Shown in pieces: positions 35,823 through 46,070 of a stretch of 64,000 nt of DNA (positions are counted from its first letter, which is position 1; every line of letters starts with the position of its first letter). The notes below the pieces were generated by a model. That model ran no database searches. It saw only the letters and a program-made list of their open reading frames with translations, and was not told the DNA's origin. The DNA lies in assembly GCA_964483245.1 (NCBI GenBank), contig CAZABP010000016.1, positions 5,344 through 69,343 on the forward strand. Direction: 5' to 3'. The position numbers and the translations under genes are program-made. The DNA comes from an uncultured candidatus Brocadiaceae bacterium (GTDB lineage Bacteria; Planctomycetota; UBA1135; UBA2386).

Positions 35823-36871
35823 TGCTGCACGCTGCGTTCTCGCTGCAGCGCGGTGGCCTGGCGCTCGCGGTCGACCTGCAGGTGGCCGCGGGTGAGACGC
35901 TGGCGCTGGTCGGGCCGAACGGGGCCGGCAAGAGCACCTGTCTGCAGGCGATCGCCGGGCTGCTGCCGATCCAACACGGAACGATCCGGATCGGGAACGA
36001 GCTGCTGGATGGAGGGCCGGGTCTGCCGCGCGTGCCGCCGGAGCGGCGCGGCGTCGGGTTCCTGTTCCAGGATCCGCTGTTGTTCGCCGGCATGAACGTG
36101 CTGGACAACGTCGCCTACGGCTTGCGCAGCCGCGGTGTGCCGCGGCAGGAGGCGCGCGAGCGTGCCCGGCAGTGGCTCGAGCGTGTCGGCGCCGCCGCGC
36201 TCGCAGCAGCGAGTCCACGCGAGTTGTCCGGTGGACAGGCGCAGCGCGTCGCGCTGGCCCGCGCGCTGGCGCCATCGCCGCGGATCCTGCTGCTCGACGA
36301 GCCGCTCGCAGCCGTCGATGCCTCGGCTGCGCCAGAGCTGCGCCGCGAGATCCGGGCGCAGCTGGCGGAGTTCACCGGCGTGCGGCTGGTCGTCGCACAC
36401 TCCGCCGTGGATGCCTTCGCGTTGGCGGACCGGATCGCCGTGCTCGAAGCCGGGCGGATCGTGCAGCTCGGCACGGTCGCCGAGATCTGCGCGCAACCGC
36501 GGTCGCGCTACGTCGCCGATCTGATCGGGCTCAACTTCTGCCGCGGCGTCGCGCACGACGGCGTGGTCGAGCTGCCCGACGGTGCGCGGCTGATCACGGC
36601 CAGCACGCTGACTGGGCCCGTGCTGACGACGATCCACCCGCGCGCCGTGTCGTTGTTCCCTGCCCGGCCGGCGGGGTCGCCGCGCAACGTCTGGGAGACT
36701 CCGGTGTTGGCGATCGAGCCGACGCTGGAGCGGGTCCGGGTCCGCGTCGGAGCACCGATGCCATTGGTCGCTGAGATCACACCCGGCGCAGCCGCCGAGC
36801 TGCGGCTCGCAGTCGGCGGACGGATCTGGATCGCCGTGAAGGCGACCGAAGTCGGCGTCTTCACCGGCTGA
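35822..36871 (+). CDS. modC: molybdate ABC transporter ATP-binding protein with a C-terminal TOBE-like domain
   Basis: Walker A GPNGAGKST, signature LSGGQAQRVALARAL, Walker B ILLLDEP. The ATG overlaps the modB stop. Confidence 0.85.
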   Translation: MLHAAFSLQRGGLALAVDLQVAAGETLALVGPNGAGKSTCLQAIAGLLPIQHGTIRIGNELLDGGPGLPRVPPERRGVGFLFQDPLLFAGMNVLDNVAYGLRSRGVPRQEARERARQWLERVGAAALAAASPRELSGGQAQRVALARALAPSPRILLLDEPLAAVDASAAPELRREIRAQLAEFTGVRLVVAHSAVDAFALADRIAVLEAGRIVQLGTVAEICAQPRSRYVADLIGLNFCRGVAHDGVVELPDGARLITASTLTGPVLTTIHPRAVSLFPARPAGSPRNVWETPVLAIEPTLERVRVRVGAPMPLVAEITPGAAAELRLAVGGRIWIAVKATEVGVFTG

Positions 36872-37004
36872 TGGCCGGATTCTTCGACGCGTGCAATCTT
36901 TGCAGAGTTTGCGCTGAACAGTCCCCGCCGCGGAGTCGTCGGGTAATGACCTCAGCCGGGCGCAACGGAGCCTGCCACCCCGCGCGCCAAGTCTGCGGAA
37001 GCCG

Positions 37005-38516
37005 ATGCCGCTGCACGACCGCATCTTCGAACTGCTGGTGGATCAGGTCCGCGACTACGCGGTCTTCGTCCTCGATCCCCGCGGCTACATCCGCAGCTGG
37101 AACGCCGGCGCGCAGGTGATCAAGGGCTATCCAGCAGAGGAGATCATCGGCCGCCACTTCTCGGTCTTCTATCCGCCGGATGCCGTCACCTCCGGCTGGC
37201 CGGCATCGGAGTTGCGCGCCGCCGCCCGGGACGGGCGCTTCGAAGACGAGGGCTGGCGCATCCGCCGCGATGGCTCGCAGTTCTGGGCCAATGTCGTCAT
37301 CACGGCACTGCGCGACGAACAGGGCAAGCTGCTCGGCTTCTCGAAGTTCACGCGCGATCTGACGTCACGCCAGCGGGAGCAGGACGCGCTGCGCCAGAGC
37401 GAGGAGCGGTTCCGGCTGCTCGTCGAAGGCGTCACCGACTATGCGATCTTCATGCTCGACCCGGTCGGGCGGATCTCGAGCTGGAACTCCGGCGCGCAAC
37501 AGATCACCGGCTATGAACGCGAGGAGGTGCTGGGCCAGCACTTCTCGATGTTCCACACGGCGGAGGACGTCGAAGCGGGTCGCCCGCTCGAGGAATTGAT
37601 GCAGGCGCGGCGCAACGGCCGGTTCGAAGACGAGAGCTGGCGCCTGCGCAAGAACGGGCACCGGTTCCGCGCGCGCGTGATCGTCACCGCGCTGTACGAC
37701 CAGACCGGTCAGCTGCGTGGCTTCGCCAAGGTGACGCAGGACCTGAGCCAGCGCGAATACACGCGCGGCCTCGAGCAGGCGGCGAAGCAGGTGCAGGAGT
37801 TCGTCTCGCTGCTCGCGCACGAGCTGCGCAATCCGCTGGCACCGATCCGCAACGCCGTGCAGCTGATCCAACGCCTGCCGCACGACCATCCGGCGCACAC
37901 GAAGATGGTGCAGACGATCGACCGCCAGAGTGCGCACATGGCGCGGATCCTGGACGACATGCTCGACATCGCCCGCGTCACCCGCGGCGAGCTCGACGTC
38001 GAGCTGGCTCCGCTCGACCTCAGGCAGATCGTGATGCGCGCCGCCGATCTCGCGCGTCCGGCGATCGAGGATGCGAAGCAGCACCTCGATCTCGACCTGC
38101 CGTCCGAGAGCGTGCTGGTCGACGGTGACATGCACCGGCTGACGCAGGTGCTCGGCAACGTGCTGGCGAACGCGACGCGCTTCACGCAGGAGGGTGGTGC
38201 GATCCAGGTGCGGCTGCGCCGCGTCGATCACACCGCCGAGATCCGGGTCCGCGACAACGGGCGTGGGATCGCGCCGGGGCGGCTCGAGTCGATCTTCGGG
38301 ATGTTCGTGCAGGGGACCGATCCGATCCATCGGATCGGCGGTGGGCTCGGCGTGGGTCTCGGGATGGCGCGGCGTCTGCTCGCACAGCACAACGGCACGA
38401 TCGTGGCCCACAGCGCCGGCGAGGGCCAAGGCAGCGAGTTCACGATCACGCTGCCGCTGCGCACGGAGGCGACCCAGCGCGGTGAGTGCAAGCAGGATGC
38501 CGACTGCCGTGACTGA
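37005..38516 (+). CDS. cytoplasmic PAS-PAS sensor histidine kinase
   Basis: Two PAS modules (DYAVFVLDPRGYIRSWN, DYAIFMLDPVGRISSWN). H-box FVSLLAHELRNPLAPI. G-boxes DNGRGI and GGGLGVGL. No TM helix. Confidence 0.85.
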   Translation: MPLHDRIFELLVDQVRDYAVFVLDPRGYIRSWNAGAQVIKGYPAEEIIGRHFSVFYPPDAVTSGWPASELRAAARDGRFEDEGWRIRRDGSQFWANVVITALRDEQGKLLGFSKFTRDLTSRQREQDALRQSEERFRLLVEGVTDYAIFMLDPVGRISSWNSGAQQITGYEREEVLGQHFSMFHTAEDVEAGRPLEELMQARRNGRFEDESWRLRKNGHRFRARVIVTALYDQTGQLRGFAKVTQDLSQREYTRGLEQAAKQVQEFVSLLAHELRNPLAPIRNAVQLIQRLPHDHPAHTKMVQTIDRQSAHMARILDDMLDIARVTRGELDVELAPLDLRQIVMRAADLARPAIEDAKQHLDLDLPSESVLVDGDMHRLTQVLGNVLANATRFTQEGGAIQVRLRRVDHTAEIRVRDNGRGIAPGRLESIFGMFVQGTDPIHRIGGGLGVGLGMARRLLAQHNGTIVAHSAGEGQGSEFTITLPLRTEATQRGECKQDADCRD

Positions 38517-38624
38517 GCCACGGCGGATCGCGAACTGCCGCGCCCCTGGTCGAAGCGGACGCCAGCGGTGCAATGAGCCTCCCACGTGGTGCTCCGGCCG
38601 GGCGCCACTGCAGCGCGACGCAAC

Positions 38625-39818
38625 ATGATCCGTTCTCTCCTCGGCTTTGCTCCGTTGTTCCTCAGCGCAGTGCTCTCGGCGCAGATCCAGCCGGCACCCG
38701 ACTTCGCCTTCGAGCCCTACCGCAGGCTTCAGCTCGCGAGCTCGTTCTACGCCGAAGGCATCGTCGCGGCCGACCTCGATCGCGATGGCCAGCTCGATCT
38801 CGCGTCCCCACCCTTCTGGTGGAAGGGACCTGCGTTCGTGCAGCGGCACGAGATCCATCCGCCGCGGTCGTTCCCGATCTACAGCTACTCCGATTGCTTC
38901 CACGCGTTCGCCGACGACGTCGATGCGGACGGTTGGCAGGACATCCTCGTCGTCGGGTTCCCCGGCCAGGCCGCGTCCTGGTATCGCAATCCCGGCCGCA
39001 CCGGCGTGCACTGGCAGCCGCACCGGATCTGGTCGGAGATCGGCGCAGAATCACCCGCTTACGTCGACCTCGATCGGGACGGCCGCCGCGAGCTCGTGTG
39101 TGCCTCGTCGAACGTGTTGATCTGGCTGACGCCGGATCGCCAGGATCCCACCCGGCTGTGGATCCCACACGTGATCTCGCCGATCGCGCTGTTTCCGACG
39201 TTCACCCACGGCCTCGGCCTGGGAGACATCGAGGGAGATGGCCGGCTCGACGTGCTGACGGCGCTCGGCTGGTTCAGCCAGCCGCCTTCGTTGCAGGGTG
39301 ACCCGCCTTGGCCGGCCCACGCGTTCACGTTCGGCGGCGGTCAGGGCGGCGCGCAGATGTTCGCTTACGACGTCGACGGCGATGGCGACAACGACGTCGT
39401 GACGACCATCAACGCGCACGGGTATGGCATCTCGTGGTTCGAGCAGATCCTCGTCGGTGGTCAGATCACGTTCCGTGAACACGTCGTCCAGCGCCCGGTG
39501 CGCGATCCGACGGATCCGCACCAGTTCTCACAGGCGCATGCGCTCACGCTCGCCGACGTCGATGGCGATGGCCTGCGCGATCTCATCACCGGCAAGCGCT
39601 TCTGGGCCCACAACGGCAACGACCCCGGCGCGCGCGATCCTGCGGTGCTGTACTGGTTCCGCCTGGAACGTCAGCCGAACGTCACGTTCGTGCCGCACCG
39701 GGTCGACGGCAATGGCGGGGTCGGGCTGCAGGTGCTGGGCACGGACCTGAACGGCGACGGTCTGGTCGACTTCGCGACTGCGAACAAGAAGGGGACGGCG
39801 GTTTTCTTGCGGCAATGA
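38625..39818 (+). CDS. secreted FG-GAP/VCBS repeat protein
   Basis: Start at ATG 38625 (MIRSLLGFAPLFLSAVLSAQ). Loops DLDRDGQLD, DVDADGWQD, DLDRDGRRE, DIEGDGRLD, DVDGDGDND, DVDGDGLRD, DLNGDGLVD. Confidence 0.8.
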   Translation: MIRSLLGFAPLFLSAVLSAQIQPAPDFAFEPYRRLQLASSFYAEGIVAADLDRDGQLDLASPPFWWKGPAFVQRHEIHPPRSFPIYSYSDCFHAFADDVDADGWQDILVVGFPGQAASWYRNPGRTGVHWQPHRIWSEIGAESPAYVDLDRDGRRELVCASSNVLIWLTPDRQDPTRLWIPHVISPIALFPTFTHGLGLGDIEGDGRLDVLTALGWFSQPPSLQGDPPWPAHAFTFGGGQGGAQMFAYDVDGDGDNDVVTTINAHGYGISWFEQILVGGQITFREHVVQRPVRDPTDPHQFSQAHALTLADVDGDGLRDLITGKRFWAHNGNDPGARDPAVLYWFRLERQPNVTFVPHRVDGNGGVGLQVLGTDLNGDGLVDFATANKKGTAVFLRQ

Positions 39819-39999
39819 CGGCCGCACGGTCGCTGCCCGATGCGGGGAGGGACGCGCACAGCGCCGACGCCGGATCCGGACTGCAGGGATCGAGTGGAAC
39901 GTCGCCGAACCGAGAGTCGAACCCCTTGTGCCGCTCGGCTGAGGATCCGACATGGGTGCTTTGCGCGCAGCGCGCATCCCCACGGTCCGGAGGCTTTCG

Positions 40000-40641
40000 A
40001 TGAGCGTCGTCGTCCAGGTGATCTTCCACAGCATTCATGGGCACGTGTTCCGCCTCGCCGAAGCCGTCGCGGCGGGCGCGCGCGAGGTGGCTGGAGCCGA
40101 CGTGCAGCTGCTGCAGGTTGCGGAGACGCTGAGCCGCGACGTGCTGGCGAAGATGGGTGCGCTCGAAGCGAAGCAGCAGTTCGCGCACGTGCCGGTCGCT
40201 GATCCGCAGCGTCTCGCAGATGCCGATGCGATCATCCTCGGCAGCGGCACGCGCTACGGCAGCGCAACGGCGCAGATGCGGGCGTTCCTGGATGCGACCG
40301 GGTCGCTGTGGACCAGCGGTGCGCTGGTCGGCAAGGTCGGCGGCGCATTCACCAGCACGGCGAGCCAGCATGGTGGACAGGAGACGACGCTGACCAACCT
40401 GCACTACTTCATGTTCCACATGGGCATGGCGATCGTCGGCGTGCCATACGCCGCGCAGGAGCTGCTGTACATGAAGGAGCTGACTGGCGGCACGCCCTAT
40501 GGCGCGTCGACCGTGACCGGCCCGAAGGGGGAACGCATGCCGAGTGAGAACGAGCTCGCGATCGCGCGCTTCCAGGGGCGCCACACGGCGAGCATCGCGG
40601 CGCGGCTCGCGGCACAGCCGGCGGGCAAGGGCGGCCGCTGA
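40000..40641 (+). CDS. wrbA: NAD(P)H:quinone oxidoreductase, WrbA-type flavodoxin-like
   Basis: GGAGG lies 6 nt upstream of ATG 40000. SIHGHV, GSGTRYG, FTSTASQHGGQETT motifs. Confidence 0.8.
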   Translation: MSVVVQVIFHSIHGHVFRLAEAVAAGAREVAGADVQLLQVAETLSRDVLAKMGALEAKQQFAHVPVADPQRLADADAIILGSGTRYGSATAQMRAFLDATGSLWTSGALVGKVGGAFTSTASQHGGQETTLTNLHYFMFHMGMAIVGVPYAAQELLYMKELTGGTPYGASTVTGPKGERMPSENELAIARFQGRHTASIAARLAAQPAGKGGR

Positions 40642-40663
40642 CCTTCCGGGGCCGCCCGGCCGC

Positions 40664-43333
40664 TCAGCGACTCGTGACGCGCGCCGCTTCGTCGACGGCG
40701 GTCTGCGGCACGTCGATTGCGAACGTCTGGACGACCGCAGTGTCCACGACCGTGATCCGCGGTCTCGGCTGGAACGTGACCGGACCGCCGCGGCCGACGT
40801 GATCGGCACCTTCGACGTAGACGAACAGGTCGCATTCGTAGACGCCGGCGTGCGGCAGCTCGACCGCCAGCGTGCCATCGCTCTCGAAGTAGCGCCGCTG
40901 CCACGGGTAGCTGCGGTCGTAGACCATGCCACGGCGGATGCCCGCGTCGTCGACTTCGAACAGCATGACGCCGAGGCGGTACTTCGGATCGGCTCCCTGC
41001 GCCCGCGCGCCTGCCTGCAGCCGGACCGGGATGCCGCGCTCGAGCACGACCCGTTGATCCGTCGTGACCCCGGGCAGCCGCCGTGTGCGATGGCCGAACG
41101 CCGTGACCTCGAGGTCCACCGGCAAGCGTTCCACGCGCAGGCGGCAGACTCCGGCAGCGTCGGTCAATGCCGGCTGCGACCCGCGCACGCCGGCGATCGT
41201 GACCGTGGCGCGCTGCAGCGGCGTCGAGCTGCGGTCGACGACTTCGATGCGGAGCGCCGGGTGGCGGCTCTCGAGCCGGATCTGTTGGATCCGCGGATCG
41301 CGGTTGACGACGCGAGGGAGCAGCACGAGGCCGTGCAGCTCAAAGGCCGGCCGCGGCTCCGGTTGGTCCGCTGGCCCGCGCAGCAGGACACGCAGCGAAT
41401 ACGTGTCGGCGCGGATGCCGTTGCTGCTGAACGTGCCATCGGGGCGGACCGGGAGATCGCGGCTCGCACCGGTGGCTGCTGCCGCGAGCCGCACGATGAC
41501 GTCGCTCGATTCGATGCCGTCACCGATCTGGATCGAGCCGGCGAGGCCGGACTCCGGCTCGAGCAGGATCACGACCTTGTCGTCGCCGCGCGTGCAATCG
41601 TGATCGAGGATCGGAACGTAGCCTTCGCACCGGATCAGCAGCCGGAGTTGGGCGCCCGGATCGAGCTCCCCCGGCGGGAGATACAGCGCAAAGCTTCCGT
41701 CCGCGCGCGTCCGCGCGATTCCGGACGTGTAGACGTGACGGTGCATCACCCGCGACAGCACGGTCGTCGATGCCTGGAGCTGCATCTGCGCACCCTGGAC
41801 CGGCTGGTGCGCGTGGTCGACGACGCGGCCGGCGACCAACAGCGGACCGTGATCGAGACGGATGTCGCCGAGGTCGAGGCCTGGCGGCGGGATGTCCTGG
41901 TTCAGCGGTACGAATGCCGACGCGCTGCCGGTGCCGTCGGGGTGTGGTGCGTGGAACCGGTAGGTGCGCGAGCCATCCGGCGGCCGCGCGTCGCGGACTT
42001 CGAGCGTGAAGCGTCCGTCGGCGTCGACGGCGAGCGGCTGGTTCTGCGCCGGGGGGGCACCGAGCGGAGTCGGCTGCAGCATCGCGAATGCTGACGCGGT
42101 GCAGGCGGGCCAGGCGCGCCCGTCGTTGCGCACGAAGCGCCCGCGCGCGAGCGGGATCGTCAGATCGCCGGCGCCGAACTCGCACTCGGCGACTTCGCCT
42201 GGGTGGCGTGGACCCGGGATCTGGCGCGTCGCGAGGACCGTCCCGGCGCGCAGCAGCTCGACCCGCAGTTCCAGGCCGAGGCCGAGCCAGGGTGCGATGG
42301 CTGTTCGCGCTTCGTCGTCGAACGGTGGCTCGGACCACGGACCCTGCTCCCACAGCTCGCGCCCGTCCGCGAACGCGGCCAGGCGGATCCCCAGACCCTC
42401 GAGCAGCGCCGGCTCGACGTCCGGCGCTCGCACGCGGATGCGCAAGGATCCGGTCGGCGGGAGGATCAACTGCAGCGGTGGGTCGTGCGGAGTCGTCTCG
42501 TCGACCGGCGCGACCGGCTGCTCGCGACACGGGAACGTGAACGTCGCGTGCCATCCGGAGCCCTGGCGCAGCCGCCGCTGCAGGTGCTGGAAGCGCGCGA
42601 GACCGTCGGGAGCCTCGCTGAGCGTGTGTTGTCCGGCCCAGCGGCGACGCGGCTCCGATTGGATCTGGTGGCGCAGACTGACCGGCACGTCTGCCCGCGG
42701 TCGGCCGCCTTCGTCGAGGACCTGGACCTGCAGGTCGCGGTCTGGGCCGATCGTGACCACGACGCGGTGCGAATCAGGGAGCTCGTTGAGCGTCGCCATG
42801 CCCCAACGTGGGCCGAGGCGGGCTTCGATCAGCAGTGGAACCGGCGGCGCTCGCAGCGAAGTCTCGCCGGCTGCATCGGTGGTCGTGACGATCGCGAGCT
42901 GCGCACGGAGATCGCGCCCGGCGGGTTCGTGCAGTGCCGTGCCCGCCTCGGCGAGGGCGCGCAGCAGCGCGCGCAGGTCACTGACTTCGAGCCGCGCATG
43001 CGGGACCGGTTGCTTGCTGTCGGAATCGACGACGACGACGGTCAGGTTTCCTGCGAGCGCAGCGCTCGTGTCGCCGTGGACCTCCAGACGCGCGGACGGG
43101 TCCGGGTCGGTGGCTGGCGTGTCCGGTGTCGGCGGTGTCGGCGGTGTCGGCGGCGCTGGTGGCGCGGCGGTCGCGGACGCGGGCTGCGCCGGCTCGGTGG
43201 CAGCTGCTTCGGCCGCAAGCGCAGGTGCCTGATCCGCCGGTTGCAGCGGGTCTGTCCGCGCGAGCCAGAAGACAGCCAGCGCCGCCAACGCGAGGCCGGC
43301 GAGTGCAACGGCGTTCCTGGTACGCGTGCCCAT
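40664..43333 (-). CDS. membrane-anchored large periplasmic protein with CarboxypepD_reg-like repeats and a Pro/Thr linker
   Basis: N-terminal TM helix VALAGLALAALAVFWLA, then a PPAPPTPPTPPTPDTP linker and repeated beta-sandwich-like modules. Resembles the periplasmic part of 6205..8625. Confidence 0.7.
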   Translation of the reverse strand: MGTRTRNAVALAGLALAALAVFWLARTDPLQPADQAPALAAEAAATEPAQPASATAAPPAPPTPPTPPTPDTPATDPDPSARLEVHGDTSAALAGNLTVVVVDSDSKQPVPHARLEVSDLRALLRALAEAGTALHEPAGRDLRAQLAIVTTTDAAGETSLRAPPVPLLIEARLGPRWGMATLNELPDSHRVVVTIGPDRDLQVQVLDEGGRPRADVPVSLRHQIQSEPRRRWAGQHTLSEAPDGLARFQHLQRRLRQGSGWHATFTFPCREQPVAPVDETTPHDPPLQLILPPTGSLRIRVRAPDVEPALLEGLGIRLAAFADGRELWEQGPWSEPPFDDEARTAIAPWLGLGLELRVELLRAGTVLATRQIPGPRHPGEVAECEFGAGDLTIPLARGRFVRNDGRAWPACTASAFAMLQPTPLGAPPAQNQPLAVDADGRFTLEVRDARPPDGSRTYRFHAPHPDGTGSASAFVPLNQDIPPPGLDLGDIRLDHGPLLVAGRVVDHAHQPVQGAQMQLQASTTVLSRVMHRHVYTSGIARTRADGSFALYLPPGELDPGAQLRLLIRCEGYVPILDHDCTRGDDKVVILLEPESGLAGSIQIGDGIESSDVIVRLAAAATGASRDLPVRPDGTFSSNGIRADTYSLRVLLRGPADQPEPRPAFELHGLVLLPRVVNRDPRIQQIRLESRHPALRIEVVDRSSTPLQRATVTIAGVRGSQPALTDAAGVCRLRVERLPVDLEVTAFGHRTRRLPGVTTDQRVVLERGIPVRLQAGARAQGADPKYRLGVMLFEVDDAGIRRGMVYDRSYPWQRRYFESDGTLAVELPHAGVYECDLFVYVEGADHVGRGGPVTFQPRPRITVVDTAVVQTFAIDVPQTAVDEAARVTSR

Positions 43334-43508
43334 CGGCTGGAGGGGCGATGCAAGGGGGTTGCGCCGCCACCGCGCGAGCCTAGCCGTGAGTGGGGTCAGG
43401 GCAACCGCTGCGGTCGATGGGTGTGCGGGACGGGCGGCGAGGCTGCGGAAGCATCCGCGCGGCGGCGTCCTGTGCCGGCGCTACGCCCGTTCCGCGACCA
43501 GCCGCGCG

Positions 43509-43949
43509 TCAGCCGCGCAGGCGCTGGATGAAGAACCAGTGATGCCCCTCCGGATCGATCGCCTCGTAGCACCGATCGGACCAGTAATCCGGACCGTAGT
43601 CCTGCGTCTTCGGTTCCGCTGCGATCGTGGCGCCGGCCTCGCGCGCGCGCCTGCAGTGGGCATCCGCATCGTCGATGAACACGCAGATGCGCTGCGTGTT
43701 CGAACCGCCGACGGCCCGCGGTGAAACACAGCCGGCGCGCTCCGGCCGGGGCGGCGCGCCGCCGGCGCTCCCGACCATCAACATGCCATCGCCGAACACG
43801 AGCTGCGAGTGCGCCACGCGGCCGTCGTGCTCGATCTCGAGTCGCACCTCGAAGCCGAACGCGTTGCTCAACCAGTCGATCGCCGCTGCGGCATCGTCGT
43901 AGAAGACGCTGCTGACGAACCGGTTCCATCCCTTCGGTGGGTCCTGCAT
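43509..43949 (-). CDS. VOC/glyoxalase-fold protein (PhnB-like)
   Basis: Start moved to ATG 43949 (MQDPPKGW). Fold-typical FGFEV...HSQLVFGDGMLMV...DPEGHHWFF. Confidence 0.65.
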   Translation of the reverse strand: MQDPPKGWNRFVSSVFYDDAAAAIDWLSNAFGFEVRLEIEHDGRVAHSQLVFGDGMLMVGSAGGAPPRPERAGCVSPRAVGGSNTQRICVFIDDADAHCRRAREAGATIAAEPKTQDYGPDYWSDRCYEAIDPEGHHWFFIQRLRG

Positions 43950-44265
43950 CGTGGCCACAATCCTGCACATCCGATCCAGCATGTCGACGACTGGAAGGTC
44001 GTTGGCTCGGTGCCCGCTGTCAGGACTGACGCGGTGACGGATCCACAGCACCGCGCACTCGTCCAGCGCGGCCACTCCAGCGGCCCTTGGGTTGCGTCGG
44101 CGCAGCGCGCAGTTCGCGATTCCTGCGCCCTCGAACTCCGGCGCGCGCTGGACGCCGTTACGGTTTCGGACGCTCGGCGCGATCGTTCCGCATTGGGCGC
44201 GAACGCGTCGACGCCGACCGCACGTGCTCGCGCCAACTCCCGAGCACTTGGACTACGAGGGGCAC

Positions 44266-44583
44266 ATGGCCTGGATCTGTCTACTCATCGCTGGCGGGCT
44301 CGAAATCGTCTGGGCCTACACGATGAAACTGTCGAATGGCTTCAGTCGGCCGGTTCCGACCGTCATCACGCTGGTCACGATGGTCGGCAGCTTCTGGTTG
44401 CTGGCCGTCGCCATGCGGACCATCCCGCTCGGCACCGCCTACACGATCTGGACCGGAATCGGCGCGGTCGGGGCGTTTGTCCTCGGCATCACTCTGCTCG
44501 CGGAGCCGGCCAACGCGCTGCGGATTGCCGCGGCCGTGCTGATCGTCGCGGGACTCGTCTTGCTGAAGGTGTCGAGTTCCTGA
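44266..44583 (+). CDS. sugE: SMR-family small multidrug/guanidinium exporter (SugE/Gdx-like)
   Basis: 105 aa with 4 TM helices. MAWICLLIAGGLEIVWAYTMK carries the conserved Glu. YTIWTGIGAVG motif. Confidence 0.85.
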   Translation: MAWICLLIAGGLEIVWAYTMKLSNGFSRPVPTVITLVTMVGSFWLLAVAMRTIPLGTAYTIWTGIGAVGAFVLGITLLAEPANALRIAAAVLIVAGLVLLKVSSS

Positions 44584-44678
44584 ACCGGAGCGAAGATCGC
44601 CTGCGCGTGCTGACGTCGGCGGGTGCCGCACGACCGCCCGCGCACGCGGTTGGTCGGTCCGCGCAACTACGCGGTGCG

Positions 44679-44754
44679 TTGGTGGGCCGTGCTGGACTCG
44701 AACCAGCGACTTCGACCTTGTGACGATCGCACTCTACCAACTGAGTTAACGGCC
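44679..44754 (-). tRNA. tRNA-Val (anticodon CAC), CCA encoded
   Basis: Folded by hand from GGGCCGT TA ACTC AGTTGGTA GAGT G CGATC GTCACAA GGTCG AAGTC GCTGG TTCGAGT CCAGC ACGGCCC A CCA. All four stems pair. Contains G18G19 and TTCGA. Confidence 0.85.
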
Positions 44755-44807
44755 CCAGTCGTGGGCGGGCACGGTAGCGAGCCGCAGCCCGACAGGCAAC
44801 TGCTCGG

Positions 44808-46070
44808 TCACGCCGCGGCGGGCACCGGACGCGCGGTTCGGCGGTCCAGTGCGAACTCGCCCAGCATGATCGGCGTGGCGATCTTGACCATGACCGTGAA
44901 CAGCAGGAAGCCGACCGAGAAGATCCCCGCGGCGATCCAGATCTCGACCGACGACGGGAAATACTCGTAGATCTCGCCGAGCGTGTCGGGTGTGAGACCC
45001 GGGATCACCAGCCCCATCCCCTTCTCGAGATACACGCCGATCCAGATCAACACGCAGCCGATGTTCAACGTGACCACGTTGCGCCGCGTGGCGGGCACGA
45101 GGAACAGCACGAACGCAACGACCGAGCTGGCGACCGACAGCCACATGTACGGGACGATCGCCTGGTGTTCGCCGATGCCGACGAACATGTAGCGCATGTG
45201 GATCAGGTGTTCGGTGTCGGAGTAGACGTCCTTGAACACCTCGGCGCCGAGCAGGAACAGGTTGACGAACATGGCGTACGCCATCAGCTCGGCGACCTTC
45301 CAGATCGCGCGGTCGTCGATCTCGAACCGCGTGAACCGCCGCAGCAGCTGCATCAGGATCAGCAGCACGGCGGGTCCGGAGCAGAACGCGGAGGCGAGAA
45401 ACCGTGGCGCCAGGATCGACGCATTCCAGAACGGCCGCGCCGGCATGCCGTTGTAGAGGAACGCGGTGACGGTGTGGATCCCGATCGCCGCCGGGATCGA
45501 GCACAGCACGAGCGGCAGGAAGATCGCCTTGGCCGGCGTGCGGCCGCGGTACAGCGAGAACAGCAGATACGTGACGATGACGAGGTTCAGCACCAGGTAG
45601 CTGTTCAGCACGATGACGTCCCAGGCCAGCAGCGAGTTCGGGACGTTCAGCAGTCCGAGCCCCGGGAGCAGGTGCCACAGGCGCTCGGGATGGCCGACGT
45701 CGACCAGCACGAACAGCCCGCACATGACGATCGCGGCGATCGCGAGCAGCTCGCCGAGGATCACGACCTCCTTGATCGGCTTCCAGTGATAGACGTAGGC
45801 AGGGATCACCAGCAGCACGGCGGCGGCGGCGACGCCGACCAGGAACGTGAAGTTGCCGATGTAGAACGCCCACGACACCTGATCGCGCATGTTGGTGACG
45901 ATCAGGCCGGCGCGCAGCTGATGTGCATATGCGATCGCGCCGCCGGCGATCAGCGCCAGCAACAGGCCGACCCACAGCCAATACAGCACGTTGCCGCGGG
46001 TCGCGATGCGCAGGCTGCCGAGCGCGAACTGCCAGAAGTGCCGGATCGTTGCCACGGTCTGCACCTTCAC
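44808..46070 (-). CDS. NrfD/PsrC-family polytopic membrane quinol-interacting subunit
   Basis: GTG 46070 overlaps the stop of the upstream FeS gene (GTGA). 420 aa with about 10 TM helices, typical of NrfD-like proteins. Confidence 0.75.
   Translation of the reverse strand: MKVQTVATIRHFWQFALGSLRIATRGNVLYWLWVGLLLALIAGGAIAYAHQLRAGLIVTNMRDQVSWAFYIGNFTFLVGVAAAAVLLVIPAYVYHWKPIKEVVILGELLAIAAIVMCGLFVLVDVGHPERLWHLLPGLGLLNVPNSLLAWDVIVLNSYLVLNLVIVTYLLFSLYRGRTPAKAIFLPLVLCSIPAAIGIHTVTAFLYNGMPARPFWNASILAPRFLASAFCSGPAVLLILMQLLRRFTRFEIDDRAIWKVAELMAYAMFVNLFLLGAEVFKDVYSDTEHLIHMRYMFVGIGEHQAIVPYMWLSVASSVVAFVLFLVPATRRNVVTLNIGCVLIWIGVYLEKGMGLVIPGLTPDTLGEIYEYFPSSVEIWIAAGIFSVGFLLFTVMVKIATPIMLGEFALDRRTARPVPAAA

Noticed and set aside
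39880-39960. tRNA-like fragment (GGGGTTCGACTCTC on the minus strand) as a possible att remnant
   Set aside because: The T-arm-like stem does not pair, and no acceptor or anticodon arms can be built.
44076-44265. Guanidine riboswitch (ykkC, mini-ykkC or guanidine-III) upstream of sugE
   Set aside because: CTTGGGTTGCG weakly resembles the ykkC 5' CUAGGGUUCCG. However, I could not find the GGUCCGAGAG and ACACGG...GGGA elements, or paired ACGR-loop hairpins. A covariance-model scan is needed to be sure.
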